Source: Escherichia coli (GTDB lineage Bacteria > Pseudomonadota > Gammaproteobacteria > Enterobacterales > Enterobacteriaceae). From it: DNA of 64,000 nucleotides. A program made the translations under genes and the position numbers. The stretch lies in assembly GCF_003018255.1 (NCBI RefSeq), contig NZ_CP027440.1. The stretch is one strand, 5' to 3'. Within the stretch, counting starts at the first letter, position 1. Every line of letters begins with the position of its first letter. The notes below the pieces were generated by a model. It had not been told where the DNA came from. It worked only from the letters and a program-made list of their open reading frames with translations, and did not search any database. Of the stretch, positions 32,065 through 42,806 are shown in pieces.

Positions 32065-33051
32065 GTGACCAGGACCAACCTCATCACCGGTTTTCTCGGC
32101 AGCGGGAAAACTACGTCGATTCTTCATCTGTTAGCCCATAAAGATCCCAACGAAAAATGGGCGGTACTGGTTAATGAATTTGGGGAAGTCGGAATTGATG
32201 GTGCTTTGCTCGCCGATAGCGGCGCATTGCTGAAAGAGATCCCCGGCGGCTGCATGTGCTGCGTTAATGGTTTACCCATGCAGGTAGGATTGAATACCTT
32301 ACTGCGTCAGGGAAAACCAGACCGCTTGTTGATAGAGCCGACCGGACTGGGTCATCCGAAACAGATCCTCGATCTCTTAACCGCGCCCGTGTATGAACCG
32401 TGGATAGATCTGCGCGCCACGTTGTGCATTCTCGATCCACGCCTGCTGCTGGACGAAAAAAGCGCCAGCAATGAAAACTTCCGTGACCAGCTGGCTGCCG
32501 CAGACATTATTGTCGCCAATAAATCCGACCGTGCGACGCCCGAAAGTGAGCAAGCGCTACAGCGCTGGTGGCAGCAAAATGGTGGCGATCGGCAATTAAT
32601 TCACAGCGAGCATGGGAAAATTGACGGTCATCTTCTGGATTTGCCGCGTCGCAATTTAGCCGAGTTGCCCGCCAGCGCCGCGCATTCTCATCAGCATGGC
32701 GTGAAAAAAGGGTTAGCAGCGTTAAGCCTGCCAGAGCATCAACGCTGGCGTCGCAGTCTGAACAGCGGGCAAGGATATCAGGCCTGTGGCTGGATATTCG
32801 ACGCTGATACGGTATTCGACACCATTGGCATTCTGGAATGGGCGCGACTTGCACCGGTGGAACGCGTCAAAGGCGTGATGCGTATTCCCGAAGGGCTGGT
32901 GCGAATCAACCGTCAGGGCGATGACCTGCACATTGAAACGCAAAACGTTGCGCCACCGGACAGTCGTATTGAGCTGATTTCCAGCAGCGAAGCTGACTGG
33001 AATGCCTTGCAGAGCGCGCTGTTGAAGCTTCGTTTAGCGACCACCGCGTAA
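32065..33051 (+). CDS. yeiR: COG0523-family zinc-binding GTPase
   Basis: GTG start. P-loop GFLGSGKTT and CxCC motif (GGCMCCVNG). Confidence 0.9.
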   Translation: MTRTNLITGFLGSGKTTSILHLLAHKDPNEKWAVLVNEFGEVGIDGALLADSGALLKEIPGGCMCCVNGLPMQVGLNTLLRQGKPDRLLIEPTGLGHPKQILDLLTAPVYEPWIDLRATLCILDPRLLLDEKSASNENFRDQLAAADIIVANKSDRATPESEQALQRWWQQNGGDRQLIHSEHGKIDGHLLDLPRRNLAELPASAAHSHQHGVKKGLAALSLPEHQRWRRSLNSGQGYQACGWIFDADTVFDTIGILEWARLAPVERVKGVMRIPEGLVRINRQGDDLHIETQNVAPPDSRIELISSSEADWNALQSALLKLRLATTA

Positions 33052-33089
33052 GGTTGCCTGCGTTTTTCAGTAAGATAATTAGAGAAAAT

Positions 33090-33803
33090 ATGATTAAAAA
33101 TTTGCCGCAAATAGTGTTGTTGAATATTGTCGGCCTCGCGCTGTTTCTTTCCTGGTATATTCCCGTTAATCATGGATTCTGGTTGCCGATTGATGCGGAT
33201 ATTTTTTATTTTTTTAATCAGAAACTGGTCGAAAGTAAGGCCTTTTTGTGGCTGGTTGCATTGACCAACAATCGCGCTTTCGACGGTTGTTCACTGCTGG
33301 CGATGGGAATGTTGATGCTGAGTTTCTGGCTGAAAGAAAACGCCCCAGGCAGACGACGTATCGTGATTATTGGTCTGGTCATGCTATTAACTGCAGTGGT
33401 ATTAAACCAGCTGGGTCAGGCATTAATTCCTGTAAAACGGGCCAGCCCAACATTGACTTTTACCGATATTAACCGCGTCAGCGAACTGCTCTCTGTTCCC
33501 ACGAAAGATGCCTCACGAGATAGCTTTCCCGGCGATCACGGTATGATGCTGCTTATTTTTTCGGCATTCATGTGGCGTTATTTCGGCAAAGTTGCAGGCC
33601 TTATCGCCCTTATTATTTTTGTGGTTTTTGCGTTTCCCAGAGTAATGATTGGCGCACACTGGTTTACTGACATCATTGTCGGTTCGATGACCGTGATATT
33701 GATCGGTTTGCCCTGGGTGTTGCTGACGCCATTAAGTGATCGATTAATCACCTTTTTTGACAAATCACTACCGGGAAAAAACAAACATTTCCAAAACAAA
33801 TAA
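33090..33803 (+). CDS. lpxT: Lipid A 1-diphosphate synthase / undecaprenyl-pyrophosphate phosphotransferase (PAP2 family)
   Basis: Start trimmed to MIKNLPQ giving 237 aa. PAP2 membrane phosphatase. Confidence 0.87.
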   Translation: MIKNLPQIVLLNIVGLALFLSWYIPVNHGFWLPIDADIFYFFNQKLVESKAFLWLVALTNNRAFDGCSLLAMGMLMLSFWLKENAPGRRRIVIIGLVMLLTAVVLNQLGQALIPVKRASPTLTFTDINRVSELLSVPTKDASRDSFPGDHGMMLLIFSAFMWRYFGKVAGLIALIIFVVFAFPRVMIGAHWFTDIIVGSMTVILIGLPWVLLTPLSDRLITFFDKSLPGKNKHFQNK

Positions 33804-33818
33804 CTCACAGTAATTAAC

Positions 33819-33859
33819 ATCATCAGGGTTATTTTTATAGTGAGGATAATCCTGATGAT
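33819..33859 (+). other. Imperfect 14-bp inverted repeat (ATCATCAGGGTTAT ... ATAATCCTGATGAT) just 3' of lpxT
   Basis: One mismatch in 14 bp, 13-nt loop. Possible lpxT terminator or regulatory hairpin in the long mepS leader region. Confidence 0.3.
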
Positions 33860-34214
33860 GCGCACCGTGCTTTCATCCATCGCGCGCAAAAATCATTCTC
33901 TAAGTAAATGAATGGATTGCATGCGTTTCACTCAATCGTACTTTAATTGACCAATCCCGTTTATTAACTTTCTGTATCACTTTTTCTTATAAAGAATCAT
34001 GTAAAACCGCTCGCCAAGACCGCACCAATCGGGTAATCTCGAACTCGTTTTGCCTCGGCGGTAGATTATCCTCACAGCATATAATTTTGTGCGTTAGTCC
34101 ACAGATTTGGCCTTAAGGAATTGTTTCAACATGCCCAGGTAATTAGTCTCGTGTCGCTTGGCATTTTTTTATAACGATATTTGTCGTTAAGGACTTCAAG
34201 GGAAAACAAACAAC

Positions 34215-34781
34215 ATGGTCAAATCTCAACCGATTTTGAGATATATCTTGCGCGGGATCCCCGCGATTGCAGTAGCGGTTCTGCTTTCTGCATGTAGTGC
34301 AAATAACACCGCAAAGAATATGCATCCTGAGACACGTGCAGTGGGTAGTGAAACATCATCACTGCAAGCTTCTCAGGATGAATTTGAAAACCTGGTTCGT
34401 AATGTCGACGTAAAATCGCGAATTATGGATCAGTATGCTGACTGGAAAGGTGTACGCTATCGTCTGGGTGGCAGCACTAAAAAAGGCATCGATTGTTCTG
34501 GTTTCGTACAGCGTACATTCCGTGAGCAATTTGGCTTAGAACTTCCGCGTTCGACTTACGAACAGCAGGAAATGGGTAAATCTGTTTCCCGCAGTAATTT
34601 GCGTACGGGTGATTTAGTTCTGTTCCGTGCCGGTTCAACAGGACGCCATGTCGGTATTTATATCGGCAACAATCAGTTTGTCCATGCTTCCACCAGCAGT
34701 GGTGTTATTATTTCCAGCATGAATGAACCGTACTGGAAGAAGCGTTACAACGAAGCACGCCGGGTTCTCAGCCGCAGCTAA
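34215..34781 (+). CDS. mepS: Peptidoglycan DD-endopeptidase / NlpC-P60 lipoprotein
   Basis: 188 aa, lipobox LLSAC, NlpC/P60 catalytic Cys (GIDCSGF). Confidence 0.93.
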
Positions 34782-34828
34782 TAAACCGTTTGGATGCAAT
34801 CCCTTGGCTATCCTGACGAGTTAACTGA

Positions 34829-34856
34829 AAGCACTGCTTAGGCAGTGCTTTTTTGT
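34829..34856 (+). terminator. Rho-independent terminator of mepS
   Basis: Stem AGCACTGC/GCAGTGCT, loop ttag, followed by a T-run. Confidence 0.7.
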
Positions 34857-34961
34857 TTTCATTCATCAGAGAAAATGATGTTTCCGCGTCTTGATCCAGG
34901 CTATAGTCCGGTCATTGTTATCTTTTAAATGTTGTCGTAATTTCAGGAAATTAACGGAATC

Positions 34962-36518
34962 ATGTTCATACGCGCTCCCAATTCTGGACGTAAGCTCCTG
35001 CTTACCTGCATTGTTGCAGGCGTGATGATTGCGATACTGGTGAGCTGCCTTCAGTTTTTAGTGGCCTGGCATAAGCACGAAGTCAAATACGACACACTGA
35101 TTACCGACGTACAAAAGTATCTCGATACCTATTTTACCGACCTGAAATCCACTACTGACCGGCTCCAGCCGCTGACCTTAGATACCTGCCAGCAGGCTAA
35201 CCCCGAACTGACTGCCCGCGCGGCGTTTAGCATGAATGTCCGTACGTTTGTGCTGGTGAAAGATAAAAAAACATTCTGTTCATCTGCGACTGGTGAGATG
35301 GACATTCCACTAAAAGAATTGATTCCGGCGCTCGACATTAATAAAAATGTCGATATGGCGATCTTACCCGGTACGCCGATGGTGCCGAACAAACCCGCAA
35401 TCGTCATCTGGTATCGCAACCCGTTGTTGAAAAATAGTGGCGTGTTTGCCGCGCTGAATCTCAATCTGACGCCTTCTCTCTTTTATAGTTCACGGCAGGA
35501 AGATTACGATGGCGTCGCCCTCATTATTGGTAATACTGCGCTATCTACCTTTTCTTCACGTTTGATGAACGTTAATGAATTAACCGACATGCCGGTCCGT
35601 GAAACTAAAATTGCGGGCATTCCTCTGACCGTTCGGCTTTATGCAGATGACTGGACATGGAACGATGTGTGGTACGCATTTTTACTGGGTGGCATGAGTG
35701 GAACTTTCGTTGGACTTCTCTGCTATTACCTGATGAGTGTGCGTATGCGCCCAGGCAGAGAAATCATGACCGCCATCAAGCGCGAACAATTTTACGTGGT
35801 GTATCAACCGGTGGTGGATACACAAGCTTTGCGGGTAACGGGCCTGGAAGTACTGCTACGCTGGCGGCATCCAGTAGCAGGAGAAATCCCCCCGGATGCC
35901 TTCATTAACTTTGCCGAAGCGCAAAAGATGATTGTGCCACTGACTCAGCACCTGTTTGAGTTGATTGCCCGCGATGCCGCAGAATTAGAAAAAGTACTGC
36001 CGGTAGGCGTCAAATTTGGCATTAACATTGCGCCGGCCCACTTGCACAGCGAAAGCTTTAAAGCGGATATCCAGAAACTGCTCACTTCCCTGCCCGCACA
36101 CCATTTCCAGATTGTGCTGGAAATTACCGAGCGCGATATGCTGAAAGAGCGAGAAGCCACACAACTCTTCGCCTGGCTGCATTCGGTCGGCGTAGAAATT
36201 GCTATTGATGACTTCGGCACCGGGCACAGCGCGCTTATCTATCTTGAGCGTTTTACGCTCGATTATCTGAAAATTGATCGTGGATTTATCAACGCCATCG
36301 GTACGGAAACGATCACTTCACCCGTACTTGACGCGGTGCTGACGCTGGCGAAACGCCTCAATATGCTGACGGTTGCTGAAGGGGTCGAAACGCCAGAACA
36401 GGCACGATGGCTAAGCGAACGCGGCGTTAATTTCATGCAAGGCTACTGGATTAGTCGCCCGTTACCGCTGGACGATTTTGTTCGCTGGCTGAAGAAACCG
36501 TATACGCCGCAGTGGTAA
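34962..36518 (+). CDS. rtn: Membrane-anchored EAL-domain c-di-GMP phosphodiesterase
   Basis: 518 aa, N-terminal TM/periplasmic domain plus C-terminal EAL domain (EVLLRW). Confidence 0.87.
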   Translation: MFIRAPNSGRKLLLTCIVAGVMIAILVSCLQFLVAWHKHEVKYDTLITDVQKYLDTYFTDLKSTTDRLQPLTLDTCQQANPELTARAAFSMNVRTFVLVKDKKTFCSSATGEMDIPLKELIPALDINKNVDMAILPGTPMVPNKPAIVIWYRNPLLKNSGVFAALNLNLTPSLFYSSRQEDYDGVALIIGNTALSTFSSRLMNVNELTDMPVRETKIAGIPLTVRLYADDWTWNDVWYAFLLGGMSGTFVGLLCYYLMSVRMRPGREIMTAIKREQFYVVYQPVVDTQALRVTGLEVLLRWRHPVAGEIPPDAFINFAEAQKMIVPLTQHLFELIARDAAELEKVLPVGVKFGINIAPAHLHSESFKADIQKLLTSLPAHHFQIVLEITERDMLKEREATQLFAWLHSVGVEIAIDDFGTGHSALIYLERFTLDYLKIDRGFINAIGTETITSPVLDAVLTLAKRLNMLTVAEGVETPEQARWLSERGVNFMQGYWISRPLPLDDFVRWLKKPYTPQW

Positions 36519-36599
36519 GGTGTGCTTACGTCCCTTATTATTCATAGTGAAAGCATGCCGGATTGCGGCTAATGATGAGTAAAAGGAAATCCGTTGCAG

Positions 36600-38414
36600 A
36601 TGATTGTGCGCATACTGCTGCTGTTTATCGCTCTGTTCACCTTTGGTGCGCAGGCGCAGACTATCAAGGAAAGCTATGCCTTTGCCGTACTGGGCGAACC
36701 CCGGTACGCATTTAATTTCAACCATTTTGATTATGTGAACCCCGCCGCGCCAAAAGGTGGGCAAATAACGTTGTCTGCGCTCGGCACCTTCGATAATTTC
36801 AACCGCTATGCACTGCGCGGCAATGCGGGCGCACGCACCGAGCAGCTGTACGACACGCTATTTACGACTTCCGATGACGAACCAGGCAGTTATTACCCGC
36901 TGATTGCTGAAAGCGCACGCTATGCTGACGATTATTCCTGGGTGGAGGTCGCTATTAATCCACGCGCCCGTTTTCATGATGGTTCGCCCATTACTGCCCG
37001 CGATGTAGAGTTTACTTTTCAAAAATTTATGACCGAAGGCGTGCCGCAATTTCGTCTGGTCTACAAAGGCACCACCGTCAAAGCCATTGCGCCGTTAACC
37101 GTGCGCATTGAGTTAGCGAAACCCGGCAAAGAAGATATGCTGAGCCTGTTTTCGCTGCCGGTCTTTCCAGAAAAGTACTGGAAGGATCACAAACTTAGCG
37201 ACCCGCTCGCCACGCCTCCGCTTGCCAGTGGTCCGTACCGAATTACGTCCTGGAAAATGGGGCAAAATATTGTCTATTCCCGCGTGAAAGATTACTGGGC
37301 AGCAAACTTACCGGTAAACCGTGGACGCTGGAATTTCGACACCATTCGCTACGATTATTACCTCGATGATAATGTCGCCTTTGAAGCGTTTAAAGCCGGT
37401 GCCTTTGATTTGCGTTTGGAAAACGACGCCAAAAACTGGGTCACGCGCTATACCGGTAAAAATTTCGATAAGAAATACATCATCAAAGATGAGCAAAAGA
37501 ACGAATCAGCCCAGGATACGCGCTGGCTGGCGTTTAATATCCAACGTCCGGTATTCAGCGATCGCCGGGTGCGGGAAGCAATCACTCTCGCCTTTGACTT
37601 TGAATGGATGAACAAGGCGTTGTTTTATAATGCCTGGAGTCGCACGAACAGTTATTTTCAGAATACCGAATATGCGGCCAGAAATTACCCCGACGCCGCG
37701 GAGCTGGTGCTTCTGGCACCAATGAAAAAAGATCTACCGCCAGAAGTCTTCACGCAAATCTACCAGCCGCCGGTATCCAAAGGCGATGGCTACGATCGTG
37801 ACAACCTGTTAAAAGCCGACAAACTTCTCAACGAAGCGGGCTGGGTGCTGAAGGGTCAGCAACGCGTAAATGCCACAACGGGTCAGCCGCTCAGCTTTGA
37901 GTTATTGCTACCTTCGAGCAGCAATAGTCAGTGGGTATTGCCGTTCCAGCACAGCCTGCAACGGCTGGGTATCAACATGGACATTCGCAAAGTGGATAAC
38001 TCGCAAATCACCAACCGCATGCGCAGTCGCGACTATGACATGATGCCGCGCGTATGGCGGGCGATGCCGTGGCCCAGTTCCGATTTACAGATTTCCTGGT
38101 CATCGGAATATATCAATTCCACTTATAATGCCCCCGGCGTGCAAAGCCCGGTTATCGACTCGCTGATCAACCAAATTATTGCCGCGCAGGGAAATAAAGA
38201 AAAATTACTGCCGTTGGGGCGAGCACTGGATCGCGTATTAACGTGGAATTATTACATGCTGCCAATGTGGTACATGGCGGAAGACCGTCTCGCCTGGTGG
38301 GATAAATTCTCCCAACCCGCTGTACGCCCTGTTTACAGCCTGGGTATTGATACCTGGTGGTATGACGTTAATAAAGCGACGAAACTGCCGTCAGCCAGAC
38401 AACAGGGAGAGTAG
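36600..38414 (+). CDS. yejA: Periplasmic substrate-binding protein of the YejABEF peptide/microcin C ABC importer
   Basis: Start at the ATG after RBS AAAAGGAAA giving 604 aa. The ORF track starts at a TTG two codons upstream. Confidence 0.9.
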   Translation: MIVRILLLFIALFTFGAQAQTIKESYAFAVLGEPRYAFNFNHFDYVNPAAPKGGQITLSALGTFDNFNRYALRGNAGARTEQLYDTLFTTSDDEPGSYYPLIAESARYADDYSWVEVAINPRARFHDGSPITARDVEFTFQKFMTEGVPQFRLVYKGTTVKAIAPLTVRIELAKPGKEDMLSLFSLPVFPEKYWKDHKLSDPLATPPLASGPYRITSWKMGQNIVYSRVKDYWAANLPVNRGRWNFDTIRYDYYLDDNVAFEAFKAGAFDLRLENDAKNWVTRYTGKNFDKKYIIKDEQKNESAQDTRWLAFNIQRPVFSDRRVREAITLAFDFEWMNKALFYNAWSRTNSYFQNTEYAARNYPDAAELVLLAPMKKDLPPEVFTQIYQPPVSKGDGYDRDNLLKADKLLNEAGWVLKGQQRVNATTGQPLSFELLLPSSSNSQWVLPFQHSLQRLGINMDIRKVDNSQITNRMRSRDYDMMPRVWRAMPWPSSDLQISWSSEYINSTYNAPGVQSPVIDSLINQIIAAQGNKEKLLPLGRALDRVLTWNYYMLPMWYMAEDRLAWWDKFSQPAVRPVYSLGIDTWWYDVNKATKLPSARQQGE

Positions 38415-39509
38415 ATGGGCGCTTATCTGATTCGCCGTCTGTTGCTGGTGATCCCAACGTTATGGGCGATTATCACTATCAACTTTTTCATCGTGCAAAT
38501 TGCGCCTGGCGGTCCGGTCGACCAGGCCATCGCCGCCATTGAGTTTGGTAATACTGGTGTATTACCCGGTGCAGGCGGTGAAGGTGTTCGCGCCAGCCAT
38601 GCACAAACGGGCGTCGGTAATATCAGCGACAGTAATTACCGTGGCGGACGCGGATTGGATCCAGAAGTGATCGCCGAGATCACTCATCGCTACGGTTTCG
38701 ATAAGCCGATCCACGAACGTTACTTCAAAATGCTCTGGGACTACATCCGTTTTGATTTTGGCGACAGCCTTTTTCGCAGCGCCTCGGTGCTGACGCTGAT
38801 TAAAGACAGTCTGCCGGTCTCCATCACCCTCGGATTGTGGAGCACGCTGATTATCTATCTGGTGTCGATTCCGTTAGGCATTCGCAAAGCTGTTTATAAT
38901 GGGAGCCGTTTTGACGTCTGGAGTAGTGCATTTATCATCATCGGCTACGCCATTCCGGCCTTTTTGTTTGCCATCCTGCTGATTGTCTTCTTCGCGGGCG
39001 GCAGCTATTTCGACCTGTTCCCTCTGCGCGGCCTGGTTTCCGCTAACTTTGATTCGCTGCCGTGGTATCAGAAAATCACCGATTATCTGTGGCATATCAC
39101 GCTGCCGGTGCTGGCGACAGTGATTGGCGGCTTTGCGGCTCTGACCATGCTGACAAAAAACTCATTCCTTGATGAAGTGCGTAAGCAATACGTGGTGACG
39201 GCACGTGCGAAAGGGGTAAGTGAAAAAAATATTCTCTGGAAACATGTGTTCCGCAACGCCATGCTGCTGGTGATTGCCGGTTTTCCGGCGACGTTTATCA
39301 GCATGTTTTTTACCGGCTCGCTGCTGATTGAGGTGATGTTTTCACTCAATGGTCTTGGCTTACTGGGCTACGAAGCGACCGTCTCGCGCGATTATCCTGT
39401 AATGTTTGGTACCTTGTATATTTTCACCCTGATTGGCCTGCTGCTGAATATTGTCAGTGATATCAGCTATACGCTGGTCGATCCGCGTATAGATTTTGAG
39501 GGACGTTAA
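38415..39509 (+). CDS. yejB: ABC transporter permease
   Basis: 364 aa, starts 1 nt after the yejA stop. Confidence 0.92.
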   Translation: MGAYLIRRLLLVIPTLWAIITINFFIVQIAPGGPVDQAIAAIEFGNTGVLPGAGGEGVRASHAQTGVGNISDSNYRGGRGLDPEVIAEITHRYGFDKPIHERYFKMLWDYIRFDFGDSLFRSASVLTLIKDSLPVSITLGLWSTLIIYLVSIPLGIRKAVYNGSRFDVWSSAFIIIGYAIPAFLFAILLIVFFAGGSYFDLFPLRGLVSANFDSLPWYQKITDYLWHITLPVLATVIGGFAALTMLTKNSFLDEVRKQYVVTARAKGVSEKNILWKHVFRNAMLLVIAGFPATFISMFFTGSLLIEVMFSLNGLGLLGYEATVSRDYPVMFGTLYIFTLIGLLLNIVSDISYTLVDPRIDFEGR

Positions 39510-40534
39510 TGTCGCGACTCAGCCCCGTCAATCAGGCCCGTTGGGCGCGTTTTCGTCATAACCGTCGCGGCTACTGGTCGTTATGGATTTTCCTCGTCTT
39601 GTTTGGTTTGAGTTTGTGTTCTGAACTTATCGCCAACGATAAACCGTTGCTGGTGCGTTATGACGGCAGTTGGTATTTCCCGTTGTTGAAAAACTACAGC
39701 GAAAGCGATTTTGGCGGCCCGCTGGCAAGTCAGGCTGATTATCAGGACCCGTGGCTGAAACAACGGCTGGAAAATAACGGCTGGGTACTGTGGGCACCGA
39801 TTCGCTTTGGTGCTACCAGTATCAACTTTGCTACCGATAAGCCCTTCCCTTCTCCACCCTCCCGGCAAAACTGGCTGGGAACGGATGCCAATGGCGGCGA
39901 TGTGCTGGCGCGCATTCTCTATGGCACGCGGATCTCGGTTCTGTTTGGCCTGATGCTGACTCTCTGTTCCAGCGTGATGGGCGTGCTGGCGGGGGCGCTA
40001 CAAGGCTATTACGGCGGTAAAGTCGATCTCTGGGGGCAACGCTTTATTGAAGTATGGTCAGGGATGCCGACGCTGTTTTTGATTATTTTACTTTCCAGCG
40101 TCGTACAGCCTAACTTCTGGTGGCTGCTGGCAATTACCGTCTTGTTTGGCTGGATGAGTCTGGTCGGCGTGGTGCGGGCGGAGTTTTTACGTACCCGTAA
40201 TTTCGACTACATCCGCGCGGCGCAGGCGCTTGGCGTCAGCGATCGCAGTATCATCCTGCGTCATATGTTGCCAAATGCCATGGTCGCTACCCTCACCTTT
40301 TTACCGTTTATTTTATGTAGTTCGATAACCACCCTGACCTCACTCGATTTCCTCGGCTTCGGTCTGCCGCTCGGTTCACCGTCACTCGGCGAACTGCTGT
40401 TACAAGGGAAAAATAACCTTCAGGCCCCGTGGCTTGGGATCACCGCCTTCTTGTCGGTGGCGATATTGTTGTCTTTGCTGATCTTTATTGGTGAAGCCGT
40501 CCGCGACGCATTTGATCCTAATAAGGCGGTGTAG
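39509..40534 (+). CDS. yejE: ABC transporter permease
   Basis: 341 aa. Start overlaps the yejB stop by 1 nt. Confidence 0.92.
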   Translation: MSRLSPVNQARWARFRHNRRGYWSLWIFLVLFGLSLCSELIANDKPLLVRYDGSWYFPLLKNYSESDFGGPLASQADYQDPWLKQRLENNGWVLWAPIRFGATSINFATDKPFPSPPSRQNWLGTDANGGDVLARILYGTRISVLFGLMLTLCSSVMGVLAGALQGYYGGKVDLWGQRFIEVWSGMPTLFLIILLSSVVQPNFWWLLAITVLFGWMSLVGVVRAEFLRTRNFDYIRAAQALGVSDRSIILRHMLPNAMVATLTFLPFILCSSITTLTSLDFLGFGLPLGSPSLGELLLQGKNNLQAPWLGITAFLSVAILLSLLIFIGEAVRDAFDPNKAV

Positions 40535-40535
40535 C

Positions 40536-42125
40536 ATGACGCAAACTCTGTTAGCGATTGAAAATTTGTCGGTGGGTTTTCGCCATCAGCAAACCGTACG
40601 CACAGTAGTCAATGATGTTTCACTTCAGATTGAGGCTGGCGAAACGCTGGCGCTGGTGGGTGAGTCAGGTTCAGGCAAAAGCGTTACCGCGCTGTCAATT
40701 TTACGCCTGCTCCCTTCCCCGCCGGTTGAATATCTCTCCGGCGATATTCGTTTTCATGGCGAATCGCTGCTTCATGCCAGCGATCAAACGTTGCGCGGTG
40801 TACGCGGTAATAAGATCGCCATGATTTTTCAGGAGCCGATGGTGTCGTTAAATCCATTACATACCCTGGAAAAACAGCTTTATGAAGTACTTTCACTCCA
40901 CCGCGGGATGCGTCGGGAAGCGGCTCGTGGCGAAATTCTTAACTGCCTTGATCGCGTCGGTATCCGCCAGGCGGCAAAACGGCTGACAGATTATCCGCAT
41001 CAGCTCTCCGGCGGCGAACGCCAGCGGGTGATGATTGCGATGGCGCTGTTAACGCGACCGGAATTATTAATTGCCGATGAACCAACCACCGCGCTGGACG
41101 TCTCTGTCCAGGCGCAGATTTTACAGCTGTTGCGCGAACTGCAAGGCGAGCTGAATATGGGTATGCTGTTTATTACTCATAACCTCAGCATTGTTAGAAA
41201 ACTGGCCCACCGCGTGGCGGTAATGCAAAACGGTCGCTGTGTCGAGCAAAATAACGCCGCTACGCTATTTGCCTCACCCACTCATCCTTACACACAAAAG
41301 CTACTCAACAGTGAACCGTCAGGCGACCCGGTCCCATTGCCAGAACCTGCCTCAACGTTGCTGGATGTTGAACAGCTTCAGGTTGCCTTCCCCATTCGCA
41401 AAGGGATTTTGAAGCGCATTGTGGATCATAATGTGGTGGTGAAAAACATCAGTTTTACGCTACGAGCGGGTGAAACACTGGGTTTAGTGGGCGAGTCTGG
41501 TTCCGGGAAAAGCACGACGGGACTGGCGCTGCTGCGACTGATTAACTCTCAGGGCAGCATCGTCTTTGACGGTAAGCCACTGCAAAATTTAAATCGCCGC
41601 CAGCTGTTACCTATTCGTCATCGCATTCAGGTGGTATTTCAGGATCCAAACTCCTCGCTCAACCCACGACTCAACGTTTTGCAGATTATTGAGGAAGGCT
41701 TACGGGTTCACCAGCCGACGCTTTCTGCCGCGCAACGCGAACAACAAGTGATAGCCGTGATGCATGAAGTGGGATTAGATCCTGAAACACGCCACCGTTA
41801 TCCGGCGGAGTTCTCTGGTGGTCAGCGGCAACGTATTGCGATTGCCAGGGCGTTAATTCTTAAGCCCTCGCTGATCATTCTTGATGAACCAACATCATCA
41901 CTCGACAAAACGGTGCAGGCGCAAATATTGACGCTATTGAAATCATTGCAACAAAAGCATCAACTGGCCTATTTGTTTATCAGCCACGATTTGCACGTTG
42001 TCCGCGCGTTATGTCATCAGGTTATCGTACTGCGACAAGGGGAAGTAGTGGAACAAGGACCGTGCGCGCGCGTGTTTGCCGCACCGCAGCAGGAGTATAC
42101 GCGTCAGCTACTGGCGTTGAGCTGA
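40536..42125 (+). CDS. yejF: ABC transporter ATP-binding protein (two ABC domains)
   Basis: Start trimmed to [11 protein letters not shown] giving 529 aa. Two Walker A motifs GESGSGKS. Confidence 0.9.
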   Translation: MTQTLLAIENLSVGFRHQQTVRTVVNDVSLQIEAGETLALVGESGSGKSVTALSILRLLPSPPVEYLSGDIRFHGESLLHASDQTLRGVRGNKIAMIFQEPMVSLNPLHTLEKQLYEVLSLHRGMRREAARGEILNCLDRVGIRQAAKRLTDYPHQLSGGERQRVMIAMALLTRPELLIADEPTTALDVSVQAQILQLLRELQGELNMGMLFITHNLSIVRKLAHRVAVMQNGRCVEQNNAATLFASPTHPYTQKLLNSEPSGDPVPLPEPASTLLDVEQLQVAFPIRKGILKRIVDHNVVVKNISFTLRAGETLGLVGESGSGKSTTGLALLRLINSQGSIVFDGKPLQNLNRRQLLPIRHRIQVVFQDPNSSLNPRLNVLQIIEEGLRVHQPTLSAAQREQQVIAVMHEVGLDPETRHRYPAEFSGGQRQRIAIARALILKPSLIILDEPTSSLDKTVQAQILTLLKSLQQKHQLAYLFISHDLHVVRALCHQVIVLRQGEVVEQGPCARVFAAPQQEYTRQLLALS

Positions 42126-42128
42126 CGC

Positions 42129-42473
42129 TTAAAAAGGATTGTAGTTTGAAAAGGGTTCGGCAATTGCCACACCAAAATTTTTCAATCGGCATGTTGCAGC
42201 AAATTCGTCCTGGCGATTTACAAACAGGCACGGCTCACCTTCACACTCCAGCACCGAACATGGAACTTCGATGTCGCTTAACGCCTGGCTTAGTTTGTAC
42301 ATCACCGACCATGCATTATCACCATCCGGGCTAAGCAATTTAAGCGCCACCAGGCTGTTGTCACCGCACGGTCCATTTTGCGGAATCGGTTCAACCTTCG
42401 AACCTGCGAAACCAGCAGACCAGCGATAGTTCTGCGGCAGTCGATGGACGATTGAGAGTTGTAATGAAGTCAC
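42129..42473 (-). CDS. yejG: Small protein of unknown function
   Basis: 114 aa, convergent with yejF with only 3 nt between the stop codons. Confidence 0.78.
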
Positions 42474-42773
42474 TTATTTTCCCCGGAAGTACATTTTACT
42501 TCACAATTTGTTTACATCAATTTTAACACATCATCAACAATCCGTCTTTATACAGATCGTAAAGATTGATGCCTCGCCTGCGTGGCCTCTATGGCTCTGA
42601 TTTAAATAATATCTGCGGGCGTGGTCACGTTTGCGGGGCTATATGTACCCGTTTCTGCGATCTAACTCAACCTTTTTAACTACAATGATGTGACTTTTTA
42701 CATAAATTGATTTTACATAAAATAAACATATATCGGGGGAATGATAGATTTGTGGTTGACATGCATCAACAAA

Positions 42774-42791
42774 GGAAGCCTTTTAGCTTCC
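42774..42791 (-). terminator. Hairpin GGAAGC-N6-GCTTCC just 3' of bcr
   Basis: 6-bp stem followed by a short U-tract on the minus strand. Confidence 0.35.
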
Positions 42792-42806
42792 TCGTTGTGC
42801 AATAGA

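Noticed and set aside
32564-32571. Chi site GCTGGTGG inside yeiR
   Set aside because: Chi octamers occur about every 5 kb in E. coli. This is an expected background occurrence, not a notable feature.
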